Positions 1 to 14,247 are shown, numbered from the stretch's first letter. The stretch: 64,000 bases of DNA from Paraspadella gotoi (GCA_051294375.1 CM119266.1:11881180-11945179); one strand, 5' to 3'. Made by a program: numbers and translations. The notes: generated by a model from the letters alone, not told the origin.

Positions 1-2376
1 CGTCGCACGCGCGCGCTCGGCGAAGCCTCGAGGAAAACGACAGTCTAGAGAAGCCAAAGGAATATCAACAGGCGAACAGCAACGGGGCCCGCGACGATGA
101 GAGGGACGACGACGGCGAAGACGACGATGACGGCGACGGCGCCCCCGACCAGTTCCATCGTTCTCACTGCGTCTTACAAGCGGGCGTCGGCGGCGTCGCG
201 TGTTTTCGTCCGCGAGAGACAACAATAAAACAACAATAAAACAAACAAAAAAACAACACGCCTGCTATTTTTTTTATTGTTTTTAATTTTGTCGAGATAT
301 TCTGCGGGAACATTAGACGAGGTAATTTTTTTTTTTGAAATTTAAAATACTTATTACTTAATTAGCTAAATTTTTAAAAAAAGTACAGGTCGAAATATAA
401 TTTTTTCATGGGTAACTCCTCTTTAATTTTTTATCATAAAAATTAAAAAAATTAAAAAACAACAAATTTACAAAGAAAGTTTAAAATAAATTGATTCCAA
501 GCTTAATGCCTCATTAGTCATTACGAGGGCTTTAATTTCAAATTATCAAATTAAATGACTAATCAAGTTAATATTTTGTAAATTTAAGCAACGACTTTTC
601 TATACTAACAGGAAAAAAAATTGAAACTATAGTTTGTTGCCAATTCGCATCAAATTTGGAGAAATTAAATTAGTTCAACTCATTATTTCAGATGAAACGG
701 ACCCAATTCAAGATCGTGCAAAAAATTCTAGTTTAAAATTCGTTTAATGTTTATTTTCTGTTTTTCTTGGTTGATTTTTTAGTACGTTAGCTATATTTTG
801 TTCCAAAGTTCAAAATTTCTAGTCTCTAGAAAAGAAAATTCCTTTTATCTTTAAATATTTTATTCTTGCGATTCTCACTCCACAAGTCTCTAACTGCTCT
901 AAAAGATAACAAGGAAAAAACCCAAGAGAACACACAGCTTTTTGTCAAAAATGCTTAAAACAAAAACTGTTTTCTTCTTCGTATTATAAACTATTTCGGA
1001 TACAACAACAAATATTTTAAACTAAAAAAAAACAAAACAGTTTTCTCTTCGCGGAATCTCGTTTTAGCTTTGTTTTCTCTTGTTTTGCTTTTACTATGTT
1101 TTTTTCCTCAAAATTGTCGATGTAATTTTATCATGTTTCGGTCCCGACATCCAACGCGACTGAGAAGCGTTAAAACGTCGTCGAAAAATGCAAAAAAAAA
1201 ACAAAAAACAAACTACGCCACGTAAATGTTTTTCAAACCTCGTCACTTTAAGAAATATATAAACGCGTCAACGAAAGCGAAAACCACACCAACCAATCGA
1301 TCAATCGATCAGGATTGGAACGGCAAACTATGCCACTCGAAGCGACGACCACAGTAATATTTCGAGGTGAAAAAAAAAAACGCATCAACGCCGCGTTTCT
1401 TCGCGGCGCCGCATTTAACCGCCCGGCGTCGCATCAACGATTCCGTTCCCGTTTCGGCGTCGATTCTTCATTCTTCTCGGCGTTGTTTTTTTTTNNNNNN
1501 NNNNNNNNNNNNNNNNNNNTTTGTTTGTTGTCCTTCAGTTTTTTCGTTCCCGCCATTTTTTGCCAAAACAATTCTCCCCCCTTTTCTGAAAAAAACAAAA
1601 AAAAAAAAAAAAAAAACAAAAAATGAAAAAAAAACAAAAAAATCGAACGTGTGAAGAAATAAGAATAATATTTTGCGGATTTTATTTTTTTTTTTGCTGG
1701 ACCAAAAACTTCATCTTTCCTTTTTCAGTATTCTGTCGTTGGTCTTTAAATTCTTGGGCAATGAGGTGAGAGTATGTGCGGTGTGATTGCGGTGGGTGCG
1801 GTGTCGGAGGTGGCGTGGCCCTACGGATGTGTTTTGGTTAAATACCTTTACTACTACTACGTATGACTACTTACGTCTAAAAACTATAATTTACTCTAAT
1901 CATCATCAAGGGTTTCTTTGCTCGTGGTATGTTTGTGTGTGTGCCGACTTTGGTGGGGGTTTTGGGTCGGTCTCGGTAGGGGGGTTTATTTCCGTTCGAT
2001 CTAATTACATTCGTGGTGTGAGTGAGGCGTATAGAGTAGGAGATGCTGTGAGGTCGTCGTGGGGGTACGGAGGGAGAGCGAGTGTGCGGTAAATAGATGA
2101 GTGCGATCTCTCTCTTCTCTGGGCGCGGTGGCGGGTGCGGGTGCGTGGGCGGGTGGCGGGGTGGCGTGGGCCTGCTGGCGTGGGGGGGGCTGCTCGTGGG
2201 TGGCGGTGGGGGGGCGGTGGGGCGGTGGGGGGGCGCCTGGGCTTTGTGCGGTGCGTGCGTGCGTGTGCTCTTCTCTGGGCTGACTGGGCGGGTGCGGGGT
2301 GCGGTCGGGTCTCTCTCTTCTCTCTCTCTCTTTCTCTGCTCTCTCTCTTCTCTTCTCTCTCTCTCTCTCTTCTCTC

Positions 2377-2408
<32 letters not shown>

Positions 2409-3815
2409 GCCACTTCATAGGGATGCGAGAGTGCGGGCGGTCGCATCTGGCGCCAGGTGGGGGGATTAGTGTTGCGCGGGAGTGGACGACGACGACGACG
2501 ATGACGACGAAACGAGAATGACGCTAATCATCATAATTTCGTCGTATGTTTTTCCACTTTTTTTTCTCGCGAGATGGCGTCATCAAGGACAGTCGTTTAG
2601 ACGATAAATCTGATCGCGGANNNNNNNNNNAAGAGACGAAGAAAATGAGGGCGACGGATTTGGTCGATGACTCATCGTCAAACTTCTCCACCAGAATCGT
2701 TTTTTTTTTATTCGCGTCGTGATTTCGTGGAGAATTTTATTCTGACTTAAATCGAGTTTACATCCGGTCCGATTTCCGGTTGATTCATATGGTACGACCG
2801 GAAGATATTTATTTTTTGTTTGATACGAGAGAAATTCAATTGTAATGTTAAAGAAATGTCTTTAAAAACTGCAGGAATAATTATTCCCTGGTGGCCCGAT
2901 CAACACAGACGAAATAAAGCTGTCCCATCGTACAAACCTTGAACGAGACGAGTTTTACGCGTGCCTGCCGCCAGAACTATACCTCTTCAGAATATGACCA
3001 TTGATCATTGACTCCTTTGAGGGCGTGCCGGCTGTGCCGCTATGTAACACCAGCCTCCTCAATTCTTGCATTTCTGTTTCACATAATTTATGTTGCCATT
3101 ACTTTTTATCTTCACATTAAGTTGTTCCTTTGTTTCTGTCTCCTTCCTTAACAATCTTCAATCCCCTTTACCTCCTTCCAGAACCCTTCACTATTCTCAC
3201 TATCCTTAGACCTTACCCTCCACGCCCATACCCCGACCTCTCCCTCGTCCACCGAAAAAAAAGTTTCCATTTTCTGCTCAAAATTTGATTTGCGTCTTTT
3301 CCTCGGAGCGGCGTCGTTGTTTGCCTCCTTCCGTCTGCGGCGTCGGCGGCGGTGTCGGCGGTGTTGTCGGCCGCATCGACAGCGGCGTCGGCGCCGTAGG
3401 CGTTGTTTGCCTCGGTCGACCGTGGCGGCGCTCTTTGTCGCCGCTCTTCTTTATCCGCGTCGCCGTAACTTTTCCCGGAACCATTTCCGATGGCACTCTC
3501 GTTCCTTTTAGCGGCGCCGTTATTCGCGAAGGCGTCGTTTTCTTCCCGCTGGCGTCCCTTTCGGGTTTCGGCGTCACCGTCTCACATGCGGGTCTTTCGC
3601 GGCGTCTGAATTACGAAGATCGAAGGGAATTGATCGACGCCGGAGCGACGCGGAGACAGAGCGACGTCCCGCCGAAAATGAATGCCGTCTTTAAGCGACT
3701 ACGACTCTCGACTCCTTCAGAACATTCTTCACTTCCGGCGCCATTTTCCGTTGAGTCTGGCGACGTTGTTATTTCATTAGCTTCGCCGGCATCTGTTTTG
3801 TCTCTCTCTCTCATC

Positions 3816-3883
<68 letters not shown>

Positions 3884-6824
3884 TCTCCTCTCTCTCTTCT
3901 CTCCTCATCTCTATCTTCGGCCATAAAAAAAAAATAAAAAAAAAAACATGCTGACGGCAATTTGCGCCTCCCATCGGTTTCTTTATTCTACCGGAAAGAG
4001 ACGTCCGCTCATTACAGCGCCGTCTTGCCCGGTGCGCCCCTCGTCTTCCCGGGTCCAACTTCGACAAAAAGAACCGCGAAGACTTTAGGATGTCGGGTTC
4101 TAGCCCCGGATGATCGTTATTGTCGTTGTCGTTGTCAGATCCGGGGATTTCGACGCCCGGACGAACCTTGGTTCACGATTGACTGCCATCGCCGACGCGG
4201 CCCCAATTCTGCAATTAGGGCAAGCGGCCTTGGCCTCATTTGGGGCTAAAGACGGAGTCGTTTATTCCTTGTTTCCCGGGCGACGACAACGACGACGAAG
4301 ACGACGAGGACGACGACGAATACTAAAAGCCTCGGAACGGGGAAATCCAGAGAGATTTGGTTCAACGCCATGGGATTTATGGATCCGCAAATAGTCGGTT
4401 CCTTCCTTTTATTCCGGAGGCGTTTGGTCTCTCTCTCTCTCTCTCTTTGGGCAGGAGAAGATGGGATATCGAGAAAGAATGAAAAGAAATGAGCGATTTA
4501 GAAAAAAACAAAAAGAAAAGAAGAAAATTGTTCAAGTTTAGTCTTATCTTTTTACATTTACAAATGTAGAACGAGTTAAAAACTTGGTCGCTGGCTTGAG
4601 GGGAAAGAGGAAGCTGGTTTTACGGCCCTTATCATTTCCATGAAAATAAACAAAGAAGAAAAAAAAAACATCGACGTCGAATGCAAATTCTTTTGTTCTT
4701 TTGTTCCGGTTTTATTGTTTTGGTTTTTGTTCCTCTTCGATTCCGTTTTTGCCGCGGAAGGCCGCTTTTGCAATTCTGATGTCATTGCGAATGAATTTTA
4801 TCTTTTCTCTCTCTCGACGAATCGAATTTTATCTTCCTTATTTAACTTTATGTTTTAAATTTAGATTTTTGTCTGTTTTATCTGTCTAATTCATCCGCCT
4901 AGCTGTTTCTCGTGCTTTCGTCTGACTGTCTATCGTTCGATCCATGTATCACTAGATTTTAAATCATCCCAACCAAGATTTGAATCTCTCAATCCTTAAA
5001 ATTGACGTTCATTTTTTCTCATTTTAAAATAGTTTTTTTGTCAGTTCATATTTTATCCATTCCTCCCTACGTATTTTTTTTCCTCAGTTTAATTTAACGG
5101 CCTCGTTCCCATTTTTTCCATTTTTCGATTAATTTCCAACTTCGATCTTTTTGCGTCGCCTCCATTTCCCTGCTCTTTTGTTTTTTTTCCCTCGTCTCCG
5201 ATTAAATCCAGTTTCATCCTCTCTTCTTCTTTTTCTTTTTCTTTCCTTTTTAGCGGGAGAATCTCCTCTCGTTTTCTCCTTCGCCAACGTCATTATGTTT
5301 TTTTTCTTTCCTTTGCTTTCCTCCGTTTCTCATCAGGTTTCGTTTTTCTTCATTCCTCTTCTTCGATTCTTTATCTTTAACATTCTCTCTCCCGCTATTC
5401 CTATGGGTCTTCCAGATTCCTCCATCCTTTCTTCATCCATCGACGCTTCCTTCATTGTTCTCACGTCCGTTCCACGTTTCTTTGACCAATCTTTATCCCC
5501 CCCCAATCTTTCTTCCTTTTTTATTTCCTCCCTCCCCTTTTCCTCTTCTTTCCTCTCTAGATCCTTCCTCCCTATTTCCTCCCTCGAATCTCCATCCCCG
5601 CTCCTTCAGCAGGTTGCAATTACGCTTTCGCTCACCCGCCTCCGCCGCACATTTGCGAGGTCGTTTCTGATTGGCTGCAACTTCTGTTTTTGCGACTCTC
5701 CTTTTTATCTGAGAATGTTCCTTTGTTTACCACAATAAAAAAATCGACGAGAGTTTTAACGATATTGCTTAACATAGTTTCACGAAATTGAATTCAAATC
5801 CGCAAGGAAAGATAAATTTCATAAACGTCGAGCATTGCTTTGCTTTTATTTTTTCGTATTCGCATAACAATTGTCTTTTTCATTGCAATTGGGATTCGCC
5901 GTTTATCAGTTGCTGCCGGGCAGATTGTAAATGGTGACTTTCAATGGACGTCTTGGCTCGCTTTGAAGCAAAATAACAATGACAGAAATAACAATGGCTA
6001 CTACAGTGTTTTTTTTTCTCTTTTTTTTTGTTTTTGGCTTCGTTATACGTTTTGTAAAACTGTCGTTTCCAGTTTTTATGGACTCCATTGTTCCTCGAAT
6101 TTCCCTCTCGGGTTTGACTTTTCATTCTCTGCTTTTCTTTTCCTTTTTTTTTTCTCTACTTTTCTCTTCCTTTATTTTCTCTTTTCTCGCCCCTATTCAC
6201 TTCTGTGTCAGTCACCCAAGGCGTTGTTGATCGTCGCGCCGAAAAATATGCAAAAACTTTTTTTAAAAATATACAGTAATATGCAAACGAAGGTTTTTAC
6301 AATGTCTTTTCCCCGAGTCTAGGATACTTTGGGCTCAGACGGCGTTAGAAATCTCCCAAATAACCTCGAAAAAAAAGAGCGAATAGAATCTTGACTTTTG
6401 TTTTTCACCCACAGTGATTTCTATCGCTATTGTCGCGCCAGTATGGATCCTCACAATGTTCTAAACTAGCGAGTAAACATTCTCTGAACGATTCTCTTCG
6501 CCATTTCTTTAATACATTGTGACCTCCGACCCGGTTGGCTGAAGCCCACAATCCATCTCAATCTCTCTCTCTCTCTCTCATCTCTCTCCCCTCTCTCTCT
6601 CTCTCTATCTCTCTCTCCTCTCTTCTCTCGTCTCGTCTCTCTCGTCTCTCTCTCTTTGCTTCTCTTTCATCTTCTCTCTGCTCGTCCCCTGTGTCGACGT
6701 GGCGCTCGTCTGCCCATCGTCCCTAAGGTTGTTAGCAACTCAAATTCCAATCACAATCCTTCTTCACTTCCGATACTCCCACCATTGCAGCACTCGGACC
6801 TCCCTCTCTCCTCTCTCTCTCCTC

Positions 6825-6860
<36 letters not shown>

Positions 6861-6879
6861 CTCGTCTCTCTCTCTGTCT

Positions 6880-6918
<39 letters not shown>

Positions 6919-8036
6919 TCATTCTCAAATTTCGATTTCCTCTTTTTCTTTTCCACTTCAATTCTCCTTTCTTTCCTTTCCTCACCTTGCTCTCGTTTCC
7001 TCCCTTGCCCTTTCATTCTCGACGCCAATCTCGTTACTCTATTCGTTTCCCGCCTCTTGTCTGTCATCTCTCTTTCTCTCTCTCTCTTCTCTCCTCTCTT
7101 GTCTCTCTCTCTCTCTTTTACGCTCCCGCCTTCTCCTCATCAAATCCCCCGACACAAAGAAATGCGAGAGGCAACAAATACGGTCACGTGATCGGGCACC
7201 GTCCGCGCGCCACTGCGTTTCACATTTCCTCACGCGGCGACGCCAGACTCCCGTCGCGACGGTCGTTCCTCCTTTCCGCTCGATCGAAATTTTTGGCGTC
7301 AAAAAGCGGCGCTCGTTTCGGATCGTAAATCCGCCAGAGTTGCCAGTATACGTTTTTTGGTCCCGCGTCGGGTCAGTTCCCCCGCCCCGGTCCTGCCCTC
7401 AACGCCCCCTCCTCGGAGGACTTCCGCGGTGACGCCGCTAAACGTTCTCTCTTCCGTCTTCTCTATAACTGTCGCACGGGAGAACCTCCCTGGACTCCTA
7501 GGCCCCAGGGAGAACATTCGGTCACTGATTAATGCCAGACTCAGCCCATTTAACTTTTTCTAAATATCAATCTCCTTTGTTTTTCCTTCATCACTCTCTC
7601 ACTAAGAAATTAGGAACTTGAATCAAAAAAAAAAAAAAAAAAAAAATTGTGAAGAATGTTGTTCACGCCAAGACCTCCGCTCCAGCCCTTTCCCTTCGCT
7701 TTCCGCCAACAAATCTCTTCTTTCCTTAACCTTTCTCCTTTTTTTCACCTTCTTTTTTCCTTCTTTTCCGCCATTTTCCTTTTTCCCTTTAATTCCCCAG
7801 TCGATTCGCCTCGATTGCCCAAACGGGAAAATTTGAATGCGAATTAACCGCCCCCGCACACTGAATAAAAAAAACATCATTTTTTCATGAATTTCATATC
7901 AGTTTTTCCTCTCTTCATTTCGTTATGTTTCATCTTATCATATTTAGCTAACTGTCAAAACATACCTGGGGTGAGAGCAAAAACCATATTATTTGGCAGA
8001 AAAATCATGATGATGATTTAAAAAATCCAAATGTCA

Positions 8037-8070
<34 letters not shown>

Positions 8071-8105
8071 CGATGATGATGATGATGATGATATATGATG
8101 GTGAT
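8037..8105 (+). repeat. (ATG)n microsatellite
   Basis: Near-perfect trinucleotide run; it explains the poly-M and poly-I ORFs. Confidence 0.95.
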
Positions 8106-8344
8106 GACGACGACGACCTCTGGAAAGGGAATCGGTTATCTACGACGCCATTTTGGGATCGCGGAATGAGGTTTCTCCGTTTCATTCCTTTCTTCCCGTT
8201 ATTCGTCGTCGTCGTCGTCGTCATCATCGTCGCCATCCATTTTTATATTTGCGGCTTTTTCTCTTCCTGACATCGAATTCCATATCTTAAAGCAAAAATT
8301 TTTATATTTTTTTATTGTAATATTTTTTCGCAGTGTTATACTTA

Positions 8345-9065
8345 TTTTTATCGAGCCTACCGGCAAAGCCGGTTCAGACTCGATATTGATTCGGGTGAGC
8401 TTCTTTGTGACGTCGTCGTCGTCGTTGTCGTCGTTGTCGTCGGCGTCACGCTGTTTTTATATAAAAACTACTACGCTTTTTTAGATTTGGCTGGGACTTA
8501 CCGTTTTTTTTTAAATAAAAATTAATATGAATTATGATAAAGTTTTACAAAAGAGTGCGATCATAGTAAGTTAAAAATTTAGATATGGCTTCTCATCTTG
8601 AAATAGCTCTGATATTTTCTTATTACATTAGGATTTAAGTATTTTTTGTTTGAATTTCCACTTAATTATGATTTACTGCAATATGCAAATGAGATTATAG
8701 TACTCATTATAATATCCAAATTAGTATATAAAAATGCTTTAATCTTATTTACATATTACAGTATATAATATTGAAGTGAAATTCAAAATTTTTTTAAAAA
8801 TCTATAATAAAAATGGGAAATCAAAGGACCTTTTTAATGCGAAGCTATATGTTAATTTTAATACAAATAAAAATAAAATCTTTTACAAGCTATGATTGAA
8901 AAAAATTTTAACAATTTCCAATTGTAAACAATTGTAACATTTTTTTTCCTTTCTTTTATTTCTTTAAATTATATATGTATTTTTCTTTCTATTTTTGTCA
9001 GTTGCTGCCTCTTCTGAACCTTTTAAAAACGAGTTCAGGCTCTGCAGTGATTATATAACTGCCTT
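8345..9065 (+). mobile_element. Helentron/DINE-1-like non-autonomous element with an internal AT-rich palindrome
   Basis: 5' T-run, inverted repeat TATCGAG/CTCGATA enclosing the hairpin ACCGGC-AAA-GCCGGT, then a (CGT)n microsatellite. The 3' end repeats GTTCAGGCTC followed by the stem-loop GCAGT..ACTGC. Diverged inverted arms ~8560-8897 are centred near 8720. Confidence 0.55.
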
Positions 9066-9115
9066 CCAGCGGCTGTCCAGCTTGACTTGACAGGCGTTAA
9101 GTCAAGTCAAGTTAC

Positions 9116-9285
9116 CTTTGTCCGCACCTTCATCATGACCATCGTCAGCGATGTTGTTCAGTAATGATATTCGTATTGGCCGCTTGTCGGAGTCGTTATT
9201 GCCATAATCGTCTCCGTCGACGTCGTCGTCGTCGTCGTCGTAGTTGGCAAGCGCAGAATCCAACGGAGCATCGTATTTCCCGCAA
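9116..9285 (-). CDS. Candidate exon, Asp-rich peptide
   Basis: Poly-T tract + AG acceptor (9287-9286) and AAG|GTAACT donor (9116/9115) bracket 170 nt. One frame is fully open (CGKYDAPLDSALANYDDDDDDVDGDDYGNNDSDKRPIRISLLNNIADDGHDEGADK), but it is partly a GAC microsatellite. Confidence 0.25.
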
Positions 9286-10147
9286 CTTAAAAAAAAAAAA
9301 AGCACGAGAGCGAGAATGACGGCCTTGTATGTTTATACGTTTACAATGTTGAATGTTTATATTAAGTCGGTGGGATTAATGGATTTCGATTTAATAAAAG
9401 TGCGTCATCAACTTCACCGCGTCCGTTGTCGCGAGGCTGTTATCGACAGCGTCGCTTCCATCTCGTCGCCGAAAATCGTCGTTCTCGTCGTCGTCGTTCG
9501 TCTTCGTTTTTCCGGCGCAGAAAATCCCCGGGGATTCTCTCGTCCTTCCCTCGGCGGGGAACGAAGCTCCGCCATATTTCATTGCGAAGGGCGAAGGGAA
9601 GGAGTTTTTTTTTTTTTTTTTTTGGGGGGGAAGGGAGGGGTGGATGAGGTTTTTGGGGGTTTTTGGGGGGGGTGGGGGGGGGGGGGGTTCCCGTTCGCCA
9701 GGTTTCGAGCTGTAGTATGTTGGGAGAAACTAAATTAAGGTAGATTATACTGTGCTTTAAGATGCCGCCGAATATTAAACCAATCGCTCTTCTTATTCAA
9801 AAAAATATTGGCTTAAATTCGGATTCAAGATGGCGGAGTTTGGTTTATTCAGAGTTCCCGAGTTTCCGGATTACGGCCGCCGTCAGCTCCCCCCCCCCGT
9901 CTTCCCCCCCGATGTATGAAAAGAAGGAAAACATGAAAAAGAGGAGGAAACGCTGTAAAAACCTTTAAAGGAAAAATAATAAAAAGGAAAAATAGTACAG
10001 GGTTCGAACTTAAAACATACATAATTAATATTTCCCTGGATGATTTGTACTGAATGATATATCAGAAAAATTTAGTTTTATCAATTATTTGATTGATCAT
10101 TTTACTTAATGTTTAGCTTATGTCAGCTACTCATTTATGAAGTATAC

Positions 10148-10285
10148 CTTCCTTTGTACCCTTTCAAAGATGAGTAGCCGATATGAAAAAGTCTTTACAT
10201 TCTTGGTACCGCCGTATATTAAATAAAGGGCGGAGAGTGACATAATTCTTTCAGCAGGCTTTCGCCATTTATATTCACTTATATA
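10148..10285 (-). CDS. Candidate downstream exon of the lectin-like gene
   Basis: After a 64-nt intron (10349-10286, ends TTCTAG) the phase-0 frame stays open: YISEYKWRKPAERIMSLSALYLIYGGTKNVKTFSYRLLIFERVQRK, then a possible donor AAG|GTATAC. Confidence 0.35.
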
Positions 10286-10349
10286 CTAGAACATGGTATA
10301 TAGTGACTGAATTTATGAGCTCACTCTCATTGAATATTGACAAGATTAC

Positions 10350-10594
10350 CTGACAAACGAGGCCCATCATGGCCGTCGATAACTTTTCATAGTCGTGCCA
10401 GAAATTGCACGTTTCCTCTCTTCCATCTGCCAAGCGGTTCCACTCATCGTCGTCAAGAGTCGTGATCTTTATGGACGAATCGGAAATAACCGCGTTCCTC
10501 GTCTCCGACACTAAAGCGCAATACGGTCTGGAATAGTGATGACTCGTCCACCATCTGGGAGACGTTTGCCAAGTAAAGATGTTAATAGGAGTCA
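10350..10594 (-). CDS. Internal exon of a probable divergent C-type lectin-like gene
   Basis: Acceptor AATAG at 10596-10595 and donor CAG|GTAATC at 10350/10349. Open frame TPINIFTWQTSPRWWTSHHYSRPYCALVSETRNAVISDSSIKITTLDDDEWNRLADGREETCNFWHDYEKLSTAMMGLVCQ shows the W..P / C / W..C / VCQ pattern of the C-terminal half of a C-type lectin-like domain. The family call is pattern recognition only. Confidence 0.5.
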
Positions 10595-10950
10595 CTATTT
10601 TGTAAAAGAAGTTAAGCGTTTTTATTTTTATTTCTTACCTAGTTTGTCTGCCAGTATATTTCAGTTGCATCACAAGCACTTGACTTTTTCACTAAAACGT
10701 CAAATGTTTTGCATAAAGGTTACAACCAATTTTAAAATGTTTGATAAAAATCTCTTTGTCTACAAAAAATTACAAGAAATATAAAGCGAACCAATACGTT
10801 TATCATACATGCAAACAAGAGCAGAGGAAAGGAATAGATTTAAGGTGAGATCACAATTTTGACAAAAGGGCTTTAGAGGTTCGTCCTTTTAGCTTCGAGC
10901 GTCATAACGCATTAAGAGTAAGACAGACAAAAGGCACAAAGAAAATAGAG

Positions 10951-11015
<65 letters not shown>

Positions 11016-11709
11016 TAGATATATATATTTAGAAATATTACATAAGAGGAAAGAGTTCCTTGTTATGTTTTCTATCATAATGTTTGTATTTTTCAGTACT
11101 TTCAATTAGATTTGCCTCTAATTAGATTTGCCTCCGTTTATTCCATTAATCACTCTGGCCCCCTCTCTCTCTCCCTCTCTCCCTCTCTCCCTCTCCAATT
11201 TTCGAGGATCGACACCCTCTGGTTTTTTTCCTTTTTACAACATTTTCCATCTCCCGTCTCAATCCTCCTTTTTAACGATTAATCCTTCCTTTCAACCCGC
11301 TCTCTCTCTCTCTCTCTCTCTCTCTCNNNNNNNNNNNNNNNNNNNNNNNNNCTCCTCTCCTCCTTCTCTCCTCATCTTCTCCTCTCTCTCTCTCTCTCGT
11401 CTCTCTCCTTCTCTCTCTTTCTCCTCTCTTCCACTTCGAGTATCGGAAATCCATTCCATTCGGCCACGCCCACCGAAACGTCGTGATGACCGTTCGCACG
11501 AGGAGAAAAAGGAGGGAATCTATTCATTAATTATTCTTCTTTTTATCGTTTTCTGTCTAAATACGGAATTTTCGTTTCCGCTCGCGGCTGTGACTCGCTT
11601 TTGCTCTCATCTCCACTCTTTAATGTTTTTGTTTCAGTGATTCATTTCTCTCCACGACATCTTCTCTTCTCTCTCTCGCTATTTCACTCTCTCTCTCTTC
11701 TCTCTCTCT

Positions 11710-11761
<52 letters not shown>

Positions 11762-12675
11762 CTTCTCTCTCTCTCGTCTCTCTCTCTCTATCTCGTTTCC
11801 CCAAGAATCCTCCACCAAATGTACGGCCTACGATAAACGGAAGCGCCTCACATTTCCGCGACAATAATCTCCTCCGGTTTTGTGGCCTCTAGTCTTCCCG
11901 TTCTCCTACCCGTTCTCTCACGAATCTCCTTCCGTTTCTCCATTCTTCCCCGTATCGAGAGGACACTTATAGCGGAGTCGCTCAGTTCGTCTGTACTGCG
12001 GTCGTTTGCCGAATTTCAGAGTCACTATCGACGATGGAAAGATGGCATAGGACGGATGGATTATGCTCTTTGATGGAATCCGCTTCTTTTCTTTCCTTTC
12101 TTGTAACCTTTGCACCTTCTACTGAATGTACTCTTTGACAAAATTACTTTCTTCATATTGTAATCATCCGCCCTTCATTCTCTCTCTTTTTTATAGTTAT
12201 ATAGTAATTTTATAGTTATAGTTTTAAAAGAAACGTTAGATTGTTGAATAAAATTGAAACAATTGAAGTAATTTCAAATTTGTAATTGCAAGAGCGCACT
12301 TTAATTTACTCCATTAATTATATCAAATGTTTTTTATTTCGTCATTCCCACCGAGAAGGTTTCTTTCTTTTTAATCTTCCTTCTTCCTTGCCCCTTAACG
12401 ACTTACCTCTCTTTTCTCTTTCACATCGAGATATAAACTTAAAAAGCAATATTCCCAAATCGTCCATCGCGCAATAAACTCCCCTTCGTGCGCCTCGCCC
12501 ACCTCAAATCCCGCAAATCTTTTCCGTCTCGTTTAAACTTACCTTTCTTCGCCTCGTTCGAATCCCCGGCGTCGATTACCCTTTTATAGTTCATATGCGC
12601 TGCCAGTCGGGCCGACCTCGACGGGGTTTCTCTAGGCCTGTCTCGGTTCCCCGTCCTTTCCTTGTTTCTTCTCTC

Positions 12676-12729
<54 letters not shown>

Positions 12730-12871
12730 CTCTCCTCCTCTCTCTCTGCTCTCTCTCTCTCTCTCTTCTCTCGGCTGTTACCATTCAACCTTTTTCGCAT
12801 ACAGCGTTTTCACTTCTCCGGCGTCTCTCCTCTTATCTCTTTGGCCTCATCCACTCGCACTGAGAGAGGGG

Positions 12872-12908
<37 letters not shown>

Positions 12909-12909
12909 G

Positions 12910-12958
<49 letters not shown>

Positions 12959-14247
12959 AATCTTACCTAGAGACCGCGCAAACGTCTCACTCCATCACGA
13001 TCACCCCGAGCTTGAAATGCACTCGACTCATCCTTTCTCGCCGGACACACCGCGTCTTAAACTCACTCGAACGTGAACCCTTGGCAGAAATTGATTCGTC
13101 TTCTCCTGGGTCCACCTCCATCGACGCCTAGCATGACCCTATTCGCCTCTTACCATCAGAATGTCCTCTCTATCCATCAAAATCCCCCCAACGTCATTTC
13201 CGCAAATCCAGCCTTCTCCCTTTTTATTCATTACTCATACCTTTAAAGCCTTAAGTCGTTCTCTCTCACGACTCATACCTCGGGCAGTTTTCTCCAATGA
13301 GGTTTTCACAACTCATGAAATTGGTACAACCAATATAAAGAATTATCCATTCGTTTAATTAAATAAGCTATTTTGCCCCCTGACTTGGACAAGCTTTGGT
13401 GGTTTAAGGCCTCTTTCACTCTTACAAGATATTATTTTTTTTTTCTCGAACAGTTCCTCAAAATACTGTTCATTTATTGTTTGTATTAGTTAGATATATT
13501 TTTTTCTGTATATTTTGTCGCTTATTCTTTTTAATACGTTCCTATTTCCTAACATTCTTACGACCTTTCATAAATTTCTATCTTTCATATTATTTTTTAC
13601 CTTCGCACCTTTTTTTATTTCTTTTTCCTTTTCAATTTGACTTCAGATGTCAGCGTCGGTCGTCTCTTTCCTCACTTAATCCCCCAGCACAACTTACCCC
13701 TGAGACAACCAACCCCCCACTCCCCGACCCTTCCCCCTCAATGACCATCGGGATCCAATTTTCACGCGGCATCGCCTCTTCTCCGACGACGTCGTTCGTC
13801 GTTCGTCTCTTCTCCTTTCCGAAGATGTCGTTTTTTTCGAGAAGCTTCGCCCGGGTTTTAGACAAAAGACAAACGGCCGAACACGTTGTTTACAAGGCCC
13901 AGCGATGGAGAGGAGAAAGAGAGAGGAGAAGCTTGTTAACAATTATAGAGGATAAAATATAAGAAGAATGATATTAGTATAAAATTATTAAATTTTTCTG
14001 TTTACCCATAATTGATCAAATTTGTATGATTATTATGAAAGTTCACCATTCTATCGCCTCCACCGTCGACTCGTATGAAAACAAATCTAGAAATGTTAAG
14101 AAAGAGGTAAAAAGGCGAGCAATATTGCGCAGTGGATGTTGGAATAACGCCAGAGAGAGGGGAAAAAGAGGAGAGAGAGAGAGAGAAGAGAGGAGAGATG
14201 AGAGAGAGAGAAGAAGAGGAGAGAGAGAGAGTAAGGTGAGTGAGAGT

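Noticed and set aside
1740-2320. G/T-rich block with several ORFs
   Set aside because: Low complexity, lies between two gaps and looks like low-quality sequence; no coding signal.
2875-3070. High-complexity patch with a protein-like frame
   Set aside because: Contains an in-frame stop and has no recognisable homology.
3278-3926. 213-aa ORF and overlapping ORFs in a CpG-rich patch
   Set aside because: No recognisable domain, built on GGC/GTC repeats, and it runs into a CT microsatellite.
6535-7432. Long SL-, ER- or F-rich ORFs here and throughout the ORF track
   Set aside because: They are translations of (CT)n/(GA)n and pyrimidine tracts that lack stops by composition. ORFs crossing N-gaps are likewise artefacts.
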